64,000 bases of DNA, from the IMG/VR virus record IMGVR_UViG_3300011008_002712. The stretch is one strand, 5' to 3'. The notes beneath the pieces were generated by a model. That model had not been told where the DNA came from and did no database searches. It was given only the letters and a program-made list of their open reading frames with translations. Each line of letters opens with the position of its first letter. Position 1 is the first letter of the stretch. Made by a program: the position numbers and the translations under genes. The DNA is from a virus. Taxonomy: Duplodnaviria > Caudoviricetes. Below are positions 10,681 through 21,435 of this stretch, one piece after another.

Positions 10681-10742
10681 AAGAGGGGAATTTTTAGTTC
10701 CCCTCCTTTTTTTGCCTCCTTTTATATATCAATTGGTATTGA

Positions 10743-11192
10743 TTACAAAAAATCTGTTATCAATACTTCTCTACGAAGATAAGCTAAATCAGGACCGTCT
10801 CCGTCAATCTCAAAAACTTTTTCAAATTCCGAATTATCTGCATCAACAATAAAATCCAAAGTATGTCCTGCTTGAGAATTAGCGCATATAAACTTGAGCA
10901 GTTTTCTTAGTTGATGATCACAATCTGAACCGGAAATTTCATAGAGAACAGAATCATCAAACTTGAATAATTTCTTTAGATCAAAAGTTTCGATTTTTTT
11001 TGATTCTCTTGACAAAATTTTTAAAGATGAAATATGACAATTTTCGTCTCCAAAAATGTAGATAATATCATAACCATCATCAACGTCTATAGGAAAACTA
11101 TGACCATTATTTGATAATTCGCGAACATAATCCAAAAGAGTAAAAATTCGTTTCTCAGGATCTCGAACAACTTCCAAATAAAATGTATTCAT
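10743..11192 (-). CDS. hypothetical protein with internal duplication
   Basis: Two LL..(V/I)...S..GH(S/T)....VD...GD blocks. Confidence 0.75.
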   Translation of the reverse strand: MNTFYLEVVRDPEKRIFTLLDYVRELSNNGHSFPIDVDDGYDIIYIFGDENCHISSLKILSRESKKIETFDLKKLFKFDDSVLYEISGSDCDHQLRKLLKFICANSQAGHTLDFIVDADNSEFEKVFEIDGDGPDLAYLRREVLITDFL

Positions 11193-11203
11193 AAATTCTC
11201 CTT

Positions 11204-11494
11204 TTAGATATACATATCGAACATGTCAATCACAAATCTTTTATCGCCACGTTTAACATCAAGAATTTTGATAATGTCACTATCTTTTTCTATTTGTGTA
11301 AAGATAGTGATATCGTTTTCTCGGTCATAGATATTGTCATACGTATCAGACTCACATTCATCAAGAAATTCCTGGAATTTTTCATCTCGAGAATGTTCTA
11401 ATACAATATCTTCTACATCATATGGGGATAGATATTTGAATCTATTAATGCTTTTAGCAGCTTTGTCTTCAAGTTTTGTATGCAATGCTATCAT
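11204..11494 (-). CDS. hypothetical protein
   Basis: 96-aa ORF in a coupled operon. Confidence 0.7.
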   Translation of the reverse strand: MIALHTKLEDKAAKSINRFKYLSPYDVEDIVLEHSRDEKFQEFLDECESDTYDNIYDRENDITIFTQIEKDSDIIKILDVKRGDKRFVIDMFDMYI

Positions 11495-11805
11495 TCCTTT
11501 ATTGTAAGAGAAACATCATAATATCCATTCTTGTTTTTCTTGTAGATTCTTCCAATTCGGTTGACTCTTGCATATTTTATTGTTGATAACAAAAGTGAAG
11601 TAATTTCGTCTTCTTCCATTCCCTGGCGACGAAGGAGACGTGTCATATATTGCTTTGCCTCTTTTTCGTTTGTCAATGTTCTATCATCATACGCAAATTC
11701 GCCAAGAGATGACTTCCATTTGTGGCTCACAATATATTTCATACGATGCTTAGCAAAAGACTTAACATTTTTGAATTCTTTGAGTTGTTTCTTCCAATCT
11801 GTCAT
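11491..11805 (-). CDS. hypothetical protein
   Basis: 104-aa ORF, RBS GGAGG. Confidence 0.75.
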   Translation of the reverse strand: MTDWKKQLKEFKNVKSFAKHRMKYIVSHKWKSSLGEFAYDDRTLTNEKEAKQYMTRLLRRQGMEEDEITSLLLSTIKYARVNRIGRIYKKNKNGYYDVSLTIKE

Positions 11806-12275
11806 TTTGCATCCTCCATGTTTTTGAATTTTTTATCCAATTTCTTTAAAATATGATTATGCATTGATTTTAATGAAACTTCATTCAATTTTAAATTAAA
11901 GTCTTTCATAGTTTTTTCCAAGTCAGCGGTTACAAAATTGGCCGTTGCATCTTCAATGCATTTGCGCATGAATTTAATGTGTCTATTTGCATAATTTTTC
12001 ATAGCGCTGTAAACATACTTTTGTCTCTGTCCAAATTTGTATTTGTGTTTGGAACGTCTAGCAATATCATAAATTTCATCATCACTAAGATGAGACAAGA
12101 AATACATGCCATTGTCCTTTAGAGGATAATCGTCCATTAGAATTTCCAACTGTATTCTAAATGGATTAATTGGCATATCATAAGAATGATAAAATACGTT
12201 ATTCTTATATACAACAAATTTATCTTTTACAATATTACATGTGAATTGCTGTTTTCCAACATTGACTATGTCCAT
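11802..12275 (-). CDS. hypothetical protein
   Basis: 157-aa ORF, ATGA overlap. Confidence 0.75.
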   Translation of the reverse strand: MDIVNVGKQQFTCNIVKDKFVVYKNNVFYHSYDMPINPFRIQLEILMDDYPLKDNGMYFLSHLSDDEIYDIARRSKHKYKFGQRQKYVYSAMKNYANRHIKFMRKCIEDATANFVTADLEKTMKDFNLKLNEVSLKSMHNHILKKLDKKFKNMEDAK

Positions 12276-12339
12276 TTAAAAAGTTACATCCTTTCGTTTT
12301 GGCGTTTCCTACGGTTGCATGCTTCTCTTTTGAGCTTTT

Positions 12340-12534
12340 TTAGCTGGGATACCATGGATTTACTCTCATCCAGTCCTGCATATGGCAACGTCTCAATGAG
12401 ATAATGAGATATTGAATTTCGTTGAGTGCCTCATCTTCCGTCAAATCACGTCCCAACCCCTCAGCACGTGCAACGAATCGAGAATGAGCATCTGTTTCAA
12501 GACATTTTTGAAAAAGTGTTTTTCTCTTTCTCAT
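12340..12534 (-). pseudogene. small gene probably frameshifted by an 8-bp tandem duplication
   Basis: AATGAGAT x2 at 12395-12410; removing one copy gives QYLIETLPYAGLDESK. Confidence 0.45.
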
Positions 12535-12563
12535 GATAGTTACTCCTTATCTTTTGACTATGT

Positions 12564-12815
12564 TCAAAAGTATATTGTTTCGCTAAGGTCTAATTTATCT
12601 TCGATCTTGTCATATATTTCGCGTCTTGTGATATCTATTTCTGTTTCTATACCACTCTCAGATAAACAAAAATTTATTTTTTTTATGACATTGAAAGTAA
12701 TTTCATATACTGCTTTATCTTCCAATCTGATCCCACGAGGTTCTAATTCTCCAACTATGTCCTGAGTAATTTCTATGGATTTATCCAAAATCTTTGACAA
12801 TTTCAATTTTATCAC
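12564..12815 (-). CDS. hypothetical protein
   Basis: RBS AGGAGG, promoter upstream. Confidence 0.75.
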   Translation of the reverse strand: MIKLKLSKILDKSIEITQDIVGELEPRGIRLEDKAVYEITFNVIKKINFCLSESGIETEIDITRREIYDKIEDKLDLSETIYF

Positions 12816-12858
12816 CTCCTATTTATTTTATCACAATTCTCAGAAAATGTAAATAGTT

Positions 12859-14895
12859 TTATTGAAGTGCATTACCAAAATGTGATTTCATTATACTTTC
12901 ATATTCTTTTGAGTCTTCAGAAAAACATACTGTAGTATCTTGCTGTATGGGATTTTCATCTACTAATTGTTGTTCAATGTTTTGAGTTGTTTCTTTTTGT
13001 AAACCAATAGTCTGATAAGTAATAACATCATTTGGAATCTCATCTATAAATCTGCTGTGTACTTGTTTGTTGCAGTTTTCATCATATAGATAACTAGAAA
13101 TAGACAAGTTTTTCATAGCTCTAGTAATAGCTACATAAAATAACCTTCTTTCTTCTTCTAACAAGCTTGTATTATATACATCTAACATTGCTTTTGCTTG
13201 TCTTGACGGAAGAAATTGGTCTACAGCTGCAGCTAAAAAAACTGTAGGGAATTCTAATCCCTTAGATTTATGTATAGTCATAATTTTTACTTGATTATTG
13301 TCATCAACATTAGAATTTTTCATGTAATAAAAATACGATATAAAGTCTTTCATGTCATGACCTTCATCTGAAAAACTTTTTGCTATATTTTTTAGCTCTT
13401 CTATATTCCCAAATTTTTCATTTCTTATATCAATGTCATCAACAGATTGAATATGAGATTTGTAATTCAAATCATCCATAATAGCTTCTATATATTTGTC
13501 TGTGCTAAAAGATTGATTTTTCAGATTCAATAAATCTTTATAGAAATTTTTTATTGCGTTAATTTGCTGTGGTTTGAATCCAATAGATACTTTATCGAAA
13601 TGATTTGTCAATACATCAAAAACATTAGTTTTCTTAAGATTGCAATAATTTATGATAGATGTTTTTGTAGCTTTAGAAATAAATCTTGACGGTTTATTGA
13701 TAATACGGGAAAAATCGTCTACAGAACCGCTGTGAAGCAATTCTAAATATGATATGATGTCTAAAATTTCTTCTCGTTCAAAAAATGATTTATCTCCATA
13801 TACTGTAAATGGTATATTATTTTCTCTAAATGCTCTTTCGAATGGGGCAGACATAAAATTATTTCTAATAATAACTGCTATGTCATTATAATTTTGCCCT
13901 TTGATTTGTTCGGCTATATATTTTGCTTCTATCAATTTGTTCTTGCAATCGACAACATTTATTTTATTTTTGTCTATATGAGTTGCAATTAATTTTTTGT
14001 CAAAACGATTTACATTGTTCGATATAACAGAATTTGCTGCTTTTATGATATTAGGATTAGAACGATAATTATTCTCTAATTTAAAAATCTGAGCTTCTGG
14101 AAATGTATCTTTAAAAGAAAGAATGATTCCCATATCGGCTCCTCTAAATCCATAAATAGACTGATCATTGTCACCGACAACATATAGATTTCTAGATGTT
14201 TTTGTCAAAGTTGAAATGATATCGAACTGCAAAGGAGATGTATCTTGATATTCATCAACAAGAACATACTCAAATTTATTTTGATATTTTGTTACTATTG
14301 CTTGGTTTTGTTCAAATAGTGACGCAACATAAAAAAGCATATCGTCAAAAGATAAAACATTTTCTGTCATATATATGTTTTGAATAGAACGATATAATTC
14401 TCTGAATAATGGCATGTGTTTTGCTTGATCAGGAAAATGTTTCAACGTTTTTTCTTTTCTAAGATAATCAAAAAAATCGTCCTTTTGATACTGAAAACGT
14501 TTTTGGTCAATATTCATTTGTTTTAGTGCTTTATTCAAAATAATTTTTGACTGATAACTGTCTGCGATTTTGAAATCATTACGTAGCCATGGTAATGAAT
14601 CTATTTCTTTATATAAAATTTTCAAACAAAATGCATGTATTGTTGTTATGCATGGATGACTGTTTTTGATATCTATCATCTTAACGATTCTTTTTTGCAT
14701 TTCTTGCGCCGCTTTTTTTGTGAATGTAACAGCAAGAATCTTATTGGGTTCTATATTCATATTTTCTATAAGATATGCTATTCTATTTGTTAATACTCTT
14801 GTTTTGCCAGTGCCAGCTCCAGCAAGCACGCATACTGGACCAGGAGAAGCTGTTACTGCTAATTGTTGCTCATTATTCAGATGTCCTAATTTCAT
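12859..14895 (-). CDS. pcrA: UvrD/PcrA-family SF1 DNA helicase
   Basis: LNNEQ Q-motif, AGAGTGKT, VDEYQD, VGDNDQSIYGFRGA, NYRS, TIHKSKGLEF, EERRLFYVAITRA; start after AGGAG. Confidence 0.95.
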   Translation of the reverse strand: MKLGHLNNEQQLAVTASPGPVCVLAGAGTGKTRVLTNRIAYLIENMNIEPNKILAVTFTKKAAQEMQKRIVKMIDIKNSHPCITTIHAFCLKILYKEIDSLPWLRNDFKIADSYQSKIILNKALKQMNIDQKRFQYQKDDFFDYLRKEKTLKHFPDQAKHMPLFRELYRSIQNIYMTENVLSFDDMLFYVASLFEQNQAIVTKYQNKFEYVLVDEYQDTSPLQFDIISTLTKTSRNLYVVGDNDQSIYGFRGADMGIILSFKDTFPEAQIFKLENNYRSNPNIIKAANSVISNNVNRFDKKLIATHIDKNKINVVDCKNKLIEAKYIAEQIKGQNYNDIAVIIRNNFMSAPFERAFRENNIPFTVYGDKSFFEREEILDIISYLELLHSGSVDDFSRIINKPSRFISKATKTSIINYCNLKKTNVFDVLTNHFDKVSIGFKPQQINAIKNFYKDLLNLKNQSFSTDKYIEAIMDDLNYKSHIQSVDDIDIRNEKFGNIEELKNIAKSFSDEGHDMKDFISYFYYMKNSNVDDNNQVKIMTIHKSKGLEFPTVFLAAAVDQFLPSRQAKAMLDVYNTSLLEEERRLFYVAITRAMKNLSISSYLYDENCNKQVHSRFIDEIPNDVITYQTIGLQKETTQNIEQQLVDENPIQQDTTVCFSEDSKEYESIMKSHFGNALQ

Positions 14896-15017
14896 AAAAT
14901 TACTCCTTGCGAAAATAAAAATTTTATGTTTATTTATTTTAATAAAGTTACTAAGATAAAATAACAACTATGTTCAAAAAAGCATTGACATTGTTGAAAA
15001 CTAAGAGGTGAAATATA

Positions 15018-15251
15018 TTGGACAGAGATTTACCTAAAATGGGCGAGAAATGGAGGCATTTTGAAAACAAAAATAATAAAATCATTACAATAGCTACTCA
15101 TACGGAAACAAAAGAAAGATTTGTAATTTATCAAGCTTTATATGATAATATGCAGATTTTTGCAACACCATTAAAGATATTTATGAGCGAAGTTGATCAT
15201 GACAAACATCCTAATGCTGAGCAAAAATTTAGGTTTGAAAAAATCAATTAA
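15018..15251 (+). CDS. DUF1653-family protein
   Basis: WRHF...ATHTET...VIYQALY...FMSEVD...QKFRFE pattern. Confidence 0.8.
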   Translation: MDRDLPKMGEKWRHFENKNNKIITIATHTETKERFVIYQALYDNMQIFATPLKIFMSEVDHDKHPNAEQKFRFEKIN

Positions 15252-15264
15252 GGAGTTGCTTACA

Positions 15265-15465
15265 ATGTCGTTTGATAAAAATATGGGAAAAGATTGGCGC
15301 AAACAATTTACTGGACCGAAAGCTTTTGATCCAGCGTGCAGAAATCATGGTGCATGCAGTTACTGCTCATCCAATAGAACCTGGTTTGATACAAAATATA
15401 GACAAGCGGCTGAACAAGCAATAGAAGATTATTACAATGATGATTATTACGATGATCATGAGTAA
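15265..15465 (+). CDS. small Cys/His phage protein
   Basis: Start after AGGAG; CRNHGACSYC motif. Confidence 0.75.
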   Translation: MSFDKNMGKDWRKQFTGPKAFDPACRNHGACSYCSSNRTWFDTKYRQAAEQAIEDYYNDDYYDDHE

Positions 15466-15492
15466 TCACTGGGGAGCAAAATGCTCCCATTT

Positions 15493-15771
15493 TTACATTC
15501 CATAAAATAAAATTTCTAATTCAACAAAATCTTGAATGATGTGATGTTTGTTTTTAGGATAGAATCCAAATTTATCACTAAACAAAATAACTACGCGTTC
15601 CTTGTCATTAATTAAAATAAATATCATGTTTGCACCAATGTATGGTAAAACAACGGGGTCATATTTAAATTCTTGAACGCTATAACCACGCATTTCGTAT
15701 GATAAGATTTTTTGTTTAACACAAATAACAAATTTATCAAAATAATCTTTATGATTCATGTCATAGCCCAC
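15493..15771 (-). CDS. hypothetical protein; ends GM*
   Basis: C-terminus LEILFYGM; true start may be MNHKDY. Confidence 0.7.
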   Translation of the reverse strand: MGYDMNHKDYFDKFVICVKQKILSYEMRGYSVQEFKYDPVVLPYIGANMIFILINDKERVVILFSDKFGFYPKNKHHIIQDFVELEILFYGM

Positions 15772-16012
15772 TGTATAAAACCAAAAAAGTTTTAAATCGA
15801 TTGATTAAATCAAAACTATCTTGTGAAAGCATTTCTTTCTTTATATTTGAGTGCAATTCGTATATCTCATAATCAAGTCTTACTTTGTTTCTATGAATTA
15901 GATCCTTGAAATAAAGAGATGCTGTTGGATTTGAATCTTCATTACTCATACGAGATCTGAAATAAGTTATTTTTACATTTTTGCTGTGAAAATTTTTTAA
16001 TTGATTATTCAT
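15761..16012 (-). CDS. hypothetical protein, GL-tail group
   Basis: RBS GGAG; ends FLVLYSGL*. Confidence 0.75.
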   Translation of the reverse strand: MNNQLKNFHSKNVKITYFRSRMSNEDSNPTASLYFKDLIHRNKVRLDYEIYELHSNIKKEMLSQDSFDLINRFKTFLVLYSGL

Positions 16013-16029
16013 TTGTTATACTCCATTTT

Positions 16030-16300
16030 TTATAATCCTTGCAACAAAATAAGAAAATGGTTAAATTTAGCGCATAAACAATCGCAAACAGAATCAACAT
16101 GTTCGTTGTATGTTATCTTATATGCAAATCCATTTTTTTCATCATAACAAAAAGTCATGAAAGAGCATGAGTCGTTTCTACATATAATTTCAAAAGAATC
16201 TTTATGTATAAAAAAATCGAGAATCGAATAATCGTTTTTTTATTAAATAATTTCTAACGTATAATAATGTTTTTGCTGTTCCTCTCATTAAAAATTTCAT
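16030..16300 (-). pseudogene. tandem duplicate of 16305..16607, +1 frameshift in an A-run; GL-tail group
   Basis: Near-identical DNA to the neighbour; plus-strand T7 at ~16235-16241 versus T6; ends HFLILLQGL*. Confidence 0.8.
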
Positions 16301-16304
16301 AATC

Positions 16305-16607
16305 TTATAATCCTTGCAACAAAATAAGAAAATGGTTAAGTCTAGCGCATAAGCAATCACAAACGGAATCAACATGCCCGTTATATGTTATCTTATATGT
16401 AAATCTATTTTTTTCATCATAGCAAAAAGTCATATAAGGATACGTATCATTTCTACATATAATTTCAAAAGAATCTTTATGTATTAAAGAATCAAGAATC
16501 GTAGAATCTTTATGTATAAAAAAATCAAGAATTGTATAATCGTTTTTTATCAAAAAATTTCTAACATATAATGATGTTTTCGTTGTTCCTCTCATTAAAA
16601 ATTTCAT
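16305..16607 (-). CDS. hypothetical protein, GL-tail group
   Basis: Internal 11-aa repeat TILD..IHKDS x2; ends HFLILLQGL*. Confidence 0.8.
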   Translation of the reverse strand: MKFLMRGTTKTSLYVRNFLIKNDYTILDFFIHKDSTILDSLIHKDSFEIICRNDTYPYMTFCYDEKNRFTYKITYNGHVDSVCDCLCARLNHFLILLQGL

Positions 16608-16611
16608 AATC

Positions 16612-17253
16612 TTATAATCCTTCTGTTTTTATCAGAAAATCATTACAATTAATTTTAAAAAAATCTTTTAAAATTTTTTCCATCTTTTTGTTTCCGTATT
16701 TCCCATCTTCCTTGAACCACCACGCAGAAGCTGGATGCACCAAACAATATACATTAAATGCATTTCGTCGCGCATATGTTGCATAAGTCATATAAGATTG
16801 ATAAGCTTTTTTAGATAAGAAAAACACAAGATTAGGCCATATTGCCAACAGTATTGTCAATAAGTTTTCTGCAGCAAAAATGTCTTCTCTGCTATCACGA
16901 AAAATAGTCTTGAAGCTTCCTTTTTGTAAGTTTGGTCTTTGAAAATAATTATAGAATGACGTATACGTAAAAGCTTCTCTATAAGGTATGCCAAAGACAC
17001 TGCCCAAGCATTGAGCTGGGAAACGATAAATTGCATATAATTTTGATGTCTTTTTATTCAAAAATTGATTAACTTGATATGTTGTATTGAATTGATTAGA
17101 AATATGTTCTGGGAATTGTATATGACATGTCGGATCATACCAATCTTTGAATAATTTTTCATCTAAATTCTTATCGATATAATGGCTTTCACCAATTAAA
17201 AGAATTTTAAATTTATCATAATTTTCTCCTATATACGGCTGGATTCTTATCAT
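16612..17253 (-). CDS. uracil-DNA-glycosylase-like superfamily protein, GL-tail group
   Basis: ILLIGESHY, FYNYFQRP, LVHPAS motifs; ends IKTEGL*. Confidence 0.65.
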   Translation of the reverse strand: MIRIQPYIGENYDKFKILLIGESHYIDKNLDEKLFKDWYDPTCHIQFPEHISNQFNTTYQVNQFLNKKTSKLYAIYRFPAQCLGSVFGIPYREAFTYTSFYNYFQRPNLQKGSFKTIFRDSREDIFAAENLLTILLAIWPNLVFFLSKKAYQSYMTYATYARRNAFNVYCLVHPASAWWFKEDGKYGNKKMEKILKDFFKINCNDFLIKTEGL

Positions 17254-17603
17254 TTTTCATCCTTTGATAAATCTGTATGAAGATCAAAGTCTATATATTT
17301 AGGAAAACATTTGACAAAATCTATTAATGCTAATGCTTTAGATACATCCATTGGATCTGAGTTGTAGTTCTTGAAATTATTTTCATATCTTGTCATGCAT
17401 TCAGAAATTTTCTCATTCAACTCTTGATGTTCTTTATAATAGCTAATAGATTCTTGTATAGACTTTTCTCCTTCATTGTCTATAAAAGACATGATATTCG
17501 TATAATCGTTATTCAAAACATCTGGTTTAGTAACATCCATTCTTATTTTCAATAACTTAATATTGTGTCTCATTGTTTTCCAAAGATTTTCTATTTTATC
17601 CAT
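17250..17603 (-). CDS. hypothetical protein
   Basis: 117-aa ORF, RBS GGAG. Confidence 0.75.
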   Translation of the reverse strand: MDKIENLWKTMRHNIKLLKIRMDVTKPDVLNNDYTNIMSFIDNEGEKSIQESISYYKEHQELNEKISECMTRYENNFKNYNSDPMDVSKALALIDFVKCFPKYIDFDLHTDLSKDEK

Positions 17604-17763
17604 TCAAACATCTCCTTCATAATATTATTTTACAATAAAAAAAGAAATAAGTACATAGTAAGTTACATTTTTGTTTTTCGCTATGTACTTTTTTAGTAAT
17701 TTATTTTAGAATAAAAAAAAGAATAAAGATCGTGAAATATATTTGTATAACAAATATGATTGA

Positions 17764-18114
17764 ATGTTAATGGAGAAAATCATGTACGTTCAAAAAATAA
17801 TCAAAGATGTTTTAGTAATTGGAGTTAAAACTAACTTTAAAATAAAAGGCGGTACTTGCGTATATGTTAATGCATTTTACATTAGAAGTGATGTCAATTT
17901 AGAATCCATTCCAGAATTATCAAATCTAGTCAAAAGATATGATAAAGAAAAATATAAGGAAGACATTATTTATTTTCAATTTGTTAATCAAAACAAAAAT
18001 CTGATATACTCTTTTCAATTGCCATTAAGAAAATTAGTTAATCCTCCCTATTCTGGGATGAAAGATGCTTGTTTAGAGATATATGAAGCAAAAATAAAGG
18101 CATTTGGATTATGA
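17764..18114 (+). CDS. hypothetical protein, GL-tail group
   Basis: Ends AKIKAFGL*; start uncertain. Confidence 0.65.
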   Translation: MLMEKIMYVQKIIKDVLVIGVKTNFKIKGGTCVYVNAFYIRSDVNLESIPELSNLVKRYDKEKYKEDIIYFQFVNQNKNLIYSFQLPLRKLVNPPYSGMKDACLEIYEAKIKAFGL

Positions 18115-18431
18115 AATTTAATTACAAGGTATTAGATAATCGATATGATATCTTTGAAGTAGATATATATGTAAATTTTGAATTGCCAACATTGATTGGA
18201 AGTTATCGAATGAATCATCATATATGCAGAATAAATATTTATCAAATTGATTCATGACCATTTTCCAATGCAACATTTTCAATGCAAATAAGTTTCATCA
18301 ATAAACAAGAGAAATGTGTTCATGCGATGATTTTTAGAGATCATGATTTAAACAAAGATTTCAAGTGCGTGCATATTAAAAAAATAATCAATTTTTATTT
18401 TTATTTATTGATTTGCGATCAAGGATTATGA
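18111..18431 (+). pseudogene. GL-tail gene with in-frame TGA at 18255-18257
   Basis: MKFNYKVLD...QIDS*PFSNAT...YLLICDQGL*, with ATGA overlaps at both ends. Confidence 0.7.
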
Positions 18432-18706
18432 TTATGGTAAGAAAATTCAGACACAGAACAGATCGTTACATAAATGGATTTCACATAGTTGAAGTTGATC
18501 TTTTAATTTCAGAAGATAATTTGTTTTTTCACAGTCCTACATTTCAACTCAAACTACGTGCTAAACATAATACTGAAAATCCTATTTTGATATATAACTT
18601 GACATTGAATCAATTAGAGTGTGAAAATTTTAAATCTTTTGGCGAAGAGATAAAAGAATTTTGTTTATTTGCTTATAATTTTTATATACTTGCAAATGGC
18701 TTATAA
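18428..18706 (+). CDS. hypothetical protein, GL-tail group
   Basis: Starts at the ATGA overlap; ends FYILANGL*. Confidence 0.75.
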   Translation: MIMVRKFRHRTDRYINGFHIVEVDLLISEDNLFFHSPTFQLKLRAKHNTENPILIYNLTLNQLECENFKSFGEEIKEFCLFAYNFYILANGL

Positions 18707-18736
18707 AAAATATATTTTTATGAAAGGAAGGAAAAA

Positions 18737-19111
18737 GTGGAAAATTTTATTGGTGAAAACATTGAAAAACTTACAAAATCAAGGAAACTTTCAAGAAAAC
18801 AATGTATGAATTTGAAAAACAATCAATATGTAAGAATGGATGGGATTGGCTATTTTAGAGTAAATTCTATCAATAAACTAAATAAAACGGTTGATGTTTT
18901 TCATAAGCAAGGTGCAAATACATATGATTTTGAAAACATTACGTATGATAAAACGTGCAAGTTATTAGATAAGTTGTACAAAACTTCCAAAAAGTTTAGA
19001 GCAACTTATGGAAATGGTTTAGAAGAAGGGATTCAATTAAAAAACTTCCTTATACATTTGAATGCATATACTCAAGAACCTAAAAATGTAGTGCAACAAA
19101 TTTTGAGTTAA
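18737..19111 (+). CDS. hypothetical protein
   Basis: 124-aa ORF followed by a terminator. Confidence 0.7.
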   Translation: MENFIGENIEKLTKSRKLSRKQCMNLKNNQYVRMDGIGYFRVNSINKLNKTVDVFHKQGANTYDFENITYDKTCKLLDKLYKTSKKFRATYGNGLEEGIQLKNFLIHLNAYTQEPKNVVQQILS

Positions 19112-19115
19112 TTGA

Positions 19116-19140
19116 AAGGAGAGGAAAAACCTCTCCTTTT
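19116..19140 (+). terminator. GGAGAG-stem terminator
   Basis: AAAGGAGAGG-aaaaa-CCTCTCCTTTT. Confidence 0.75.
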
Positions 19141-19217
19141 CTTCTAATTAAAAAACAATTTGGCTATTTACATTTTGCATATTTTATGGTAGAATAAATA
19201 CAGAGGTGGATCATTAA

Positions 19218-19670
19218 ATGAACATTATAGTACAAAATTTAAAGAAAAAAGTTGGTAGAACTCCAGGTACATCGCCTGTTATTCCAGATGATACAATCAT
19301 ATCTCTTATTCAAAATAGCAAATATAATTATTTGTTAGACGATGTTAAATATGAAAGATTTTATGTTCCTAAAAATGTTCCTCAAGGAACCGATGGGAGA
19401 TTCGGGCATACATATAATGGGAATATATTTTTAACAGAAATTTACGCATTTAAAAATAAAGAAACAGAAAAATTTGAATGCGTTATTATTTCAATTCAAT
19501 TCGATAACAATGGCAAAGTAAAAATCCCAACATGTGTTGATATTCAATGTGAAAATGGAAAAGCTAGCGAAATAGCCAATAAGGTATTTTCTGGATGGAA
19601 AATGTTAAATGGTCAAGATATTACATATGATGGATATTTGTATGAAGACGCTTATAATGAGGTTAATTGA
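19218..19670 (+). CDS. hypothetical protein
   Basis: 150-aa ORF behind a TATTTACA/TGGTAGAAT promoter. Confidence 0.8.
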   Translation: MNIIVQNLKKKVGRTPGTSPVIPDDTIISLIQNSKYNYLLDDVKYERFYVPKNVPQGTDGRFGHTYNGNIFLTEIYAFKNKETEKFECVIISIQFDNNGKVKIPTCVDIQCENGKASEIANKVFSGWKMLNGQDITYDGYLYEDAYNEVN

Positions 19671-19671
19671 A

Positions 19672-20064
19672 ATGAAAACAAAAATTAAAAACATTACAAA
19701 GCAACTTATTAATAACATGAAGAATTTTACTTATGTTAACATTTATATTGAAGGCGAAGATGTTAATTTTCAATCGTTAGCAATTCCATTTTATGGTTTT
19801 TCTTTTCATAACACGTCTTGTGTTATTCATGAGCGCGAATTGTTTAATAAAACCAATAATGGAATGATCCTTCACTTTATGCATATTCCCAATTCTATTG
19901 ATGACATTGAATTCTTTAAAAAAAATGATGAATATTTTTTAATCATTAAATCACAAAATTCTAATATGTTGGGCGATTTTTGGGGAATTATTAGAGAAAA
20001 TTTACTTTCACATAACATTTTAGATGAAATGCTGGGTAAAAATAATTGGACGAGAGACTATTAA
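19672..20064 (+). CDS. hypothetical protein
   Basis: Start MKTKIKN after GAGG. Confidence 0.7.
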   Translation: MKTKIKNITKQLINNMKNFTYVNIYIEGEDVNFQSLAIPFYGFSFHNTSCVIHERELFNKTNNGMILHFMHIPNSIDDIEFFKKNDEYFLIIKSQNSNMLGDFWGIIRENLLSHNILDEMLGKNNWTRDY

Positions 20065-20265
20065 AAAAACAAAATGATCAATATAAAACATGAAAAATGA
20101 TGTTGTATATTATGTCACTAAAGACAAATAAGATTTAAGGACGCAATATGGATAAAGATTTCGGAAAAACTTTAAGCATATGGTTAGATTCAACGAAAAT
20201 CATTAACTGAAATTAGAGGAGACAAAATCTCCTCTCTTTTTTATAATAAAGGGGGGTGATATTCT

Positions 20266-21266
20266 ATGCATGAACTAAAAGGAAAAAAATTCAATCATTT
20301 ATATGTTTTAGATGATATTTGTGAAAATGGAATTCATTATTGTATTTGTCAGTGTGATTGTGGAAACATAAAGAAAATTTTAGCTATTAATGTAAAACGT
20401 GGTCACACAAAATCTTGTGGATGCGTTTTAGGCAGATCAAATAATGTAGCTAAACCAAGTTTGAAACATAAATGCTATAGACAAGTATTGACTTATCCAC
20501 CATCTAATCTCAAGGAACTAGATTCAACTGAATATCTATTTGCTAAAAAATGGAAAAGAATGATTGGCAGAGCTTTTGAACCTGATGTAAAAAATTATAG
20601 TGCTCGTGGGATTAAAGTGTGCAAACGCTGGTATGATTATTTCAATTTTAAAGAAGATATGTTTCAATCTTTCAAAGAACATCTTCAAACATATGGATTG
20701 AAAGATACAACTTTAGATAGAATTGATGTTAATAAAAATTATGAGCCAAGCAATTGTAGATGGGCTACTATAGAAACTCAATCAAGAAACAAACGAAATA
20801 CAATATATGTATACATCAATAACAAAAAGATTACTTTAAATGATGCTGCAAAAGAAATTGGTATTAGCGAAAATAAATTATATCATTTGTTAAAAAGTAT
20901 TCAAATGACGAAGCTATAAAAAAAGCTGTATCATATGCTGAATGCGTTAATCGTAAAATTGCATACAATGATTGTTTTTATTCGTTATTAGAATTAGCTA
21001 AAAAATTTAACATCAGAGTTGATCAATTATACGTTTGGGTAATAGATAAAAATTTGTCTATTGAAAACGCAATTTTTCATTGCAGATTGCTATCAGGACA
21101 AGATGTAGAAATTTCGTATAATGATGAAAAGAAACTACTTTCAGAATGGTGTGAATGTTTTAATTTGAATAAAAGAATCGTTATTCAAAGATTACTCAAA
21201 GGATGGAATGTTGAGAAAGCTTTCTTTGCTTCTATTAGAAATAGAAACAGAATGAAAAATCCATAA
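20266..21266 (+). mobile_element. HNH homing-endonuclease-like gene, frameshifted at an A-run (~20892-20896)
   Basis: CQCDCG...SCGC, RGIKVCKRW, TLDRIDVNKNYEPSNCRWAT. Adding one A joins 20266..20919 to an open frame ending at 21266 with repeated HTH-like units. Confidence 0.8.
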
Positions 21267-21295
21267 TAAAAAAATTTTTCAATTTTTTTAAAAAA

Positions 21296-21435
21296 CTATT
21301 TACAAATACGTCATTGTGTGATAATATAGACTCAAGAGGTGAGGAAAAAGAAAAAGTTGATAAAAACTCAAAAAAAAAATGAAAAAAACTATTTACAAAT
21401 GGCGAACAACATGGTATAATCTAATCAAGAGGTAA
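21296..21435 (+). promoter_or_regulatory. tandem pair of early promoter modules
   Basis: CTATTTACA at 21296 and 21389; the second has TTTACA-17-TATAAT with extended -10 TG; both are followed by TCAAGAGGT. Confidence 0.8.
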
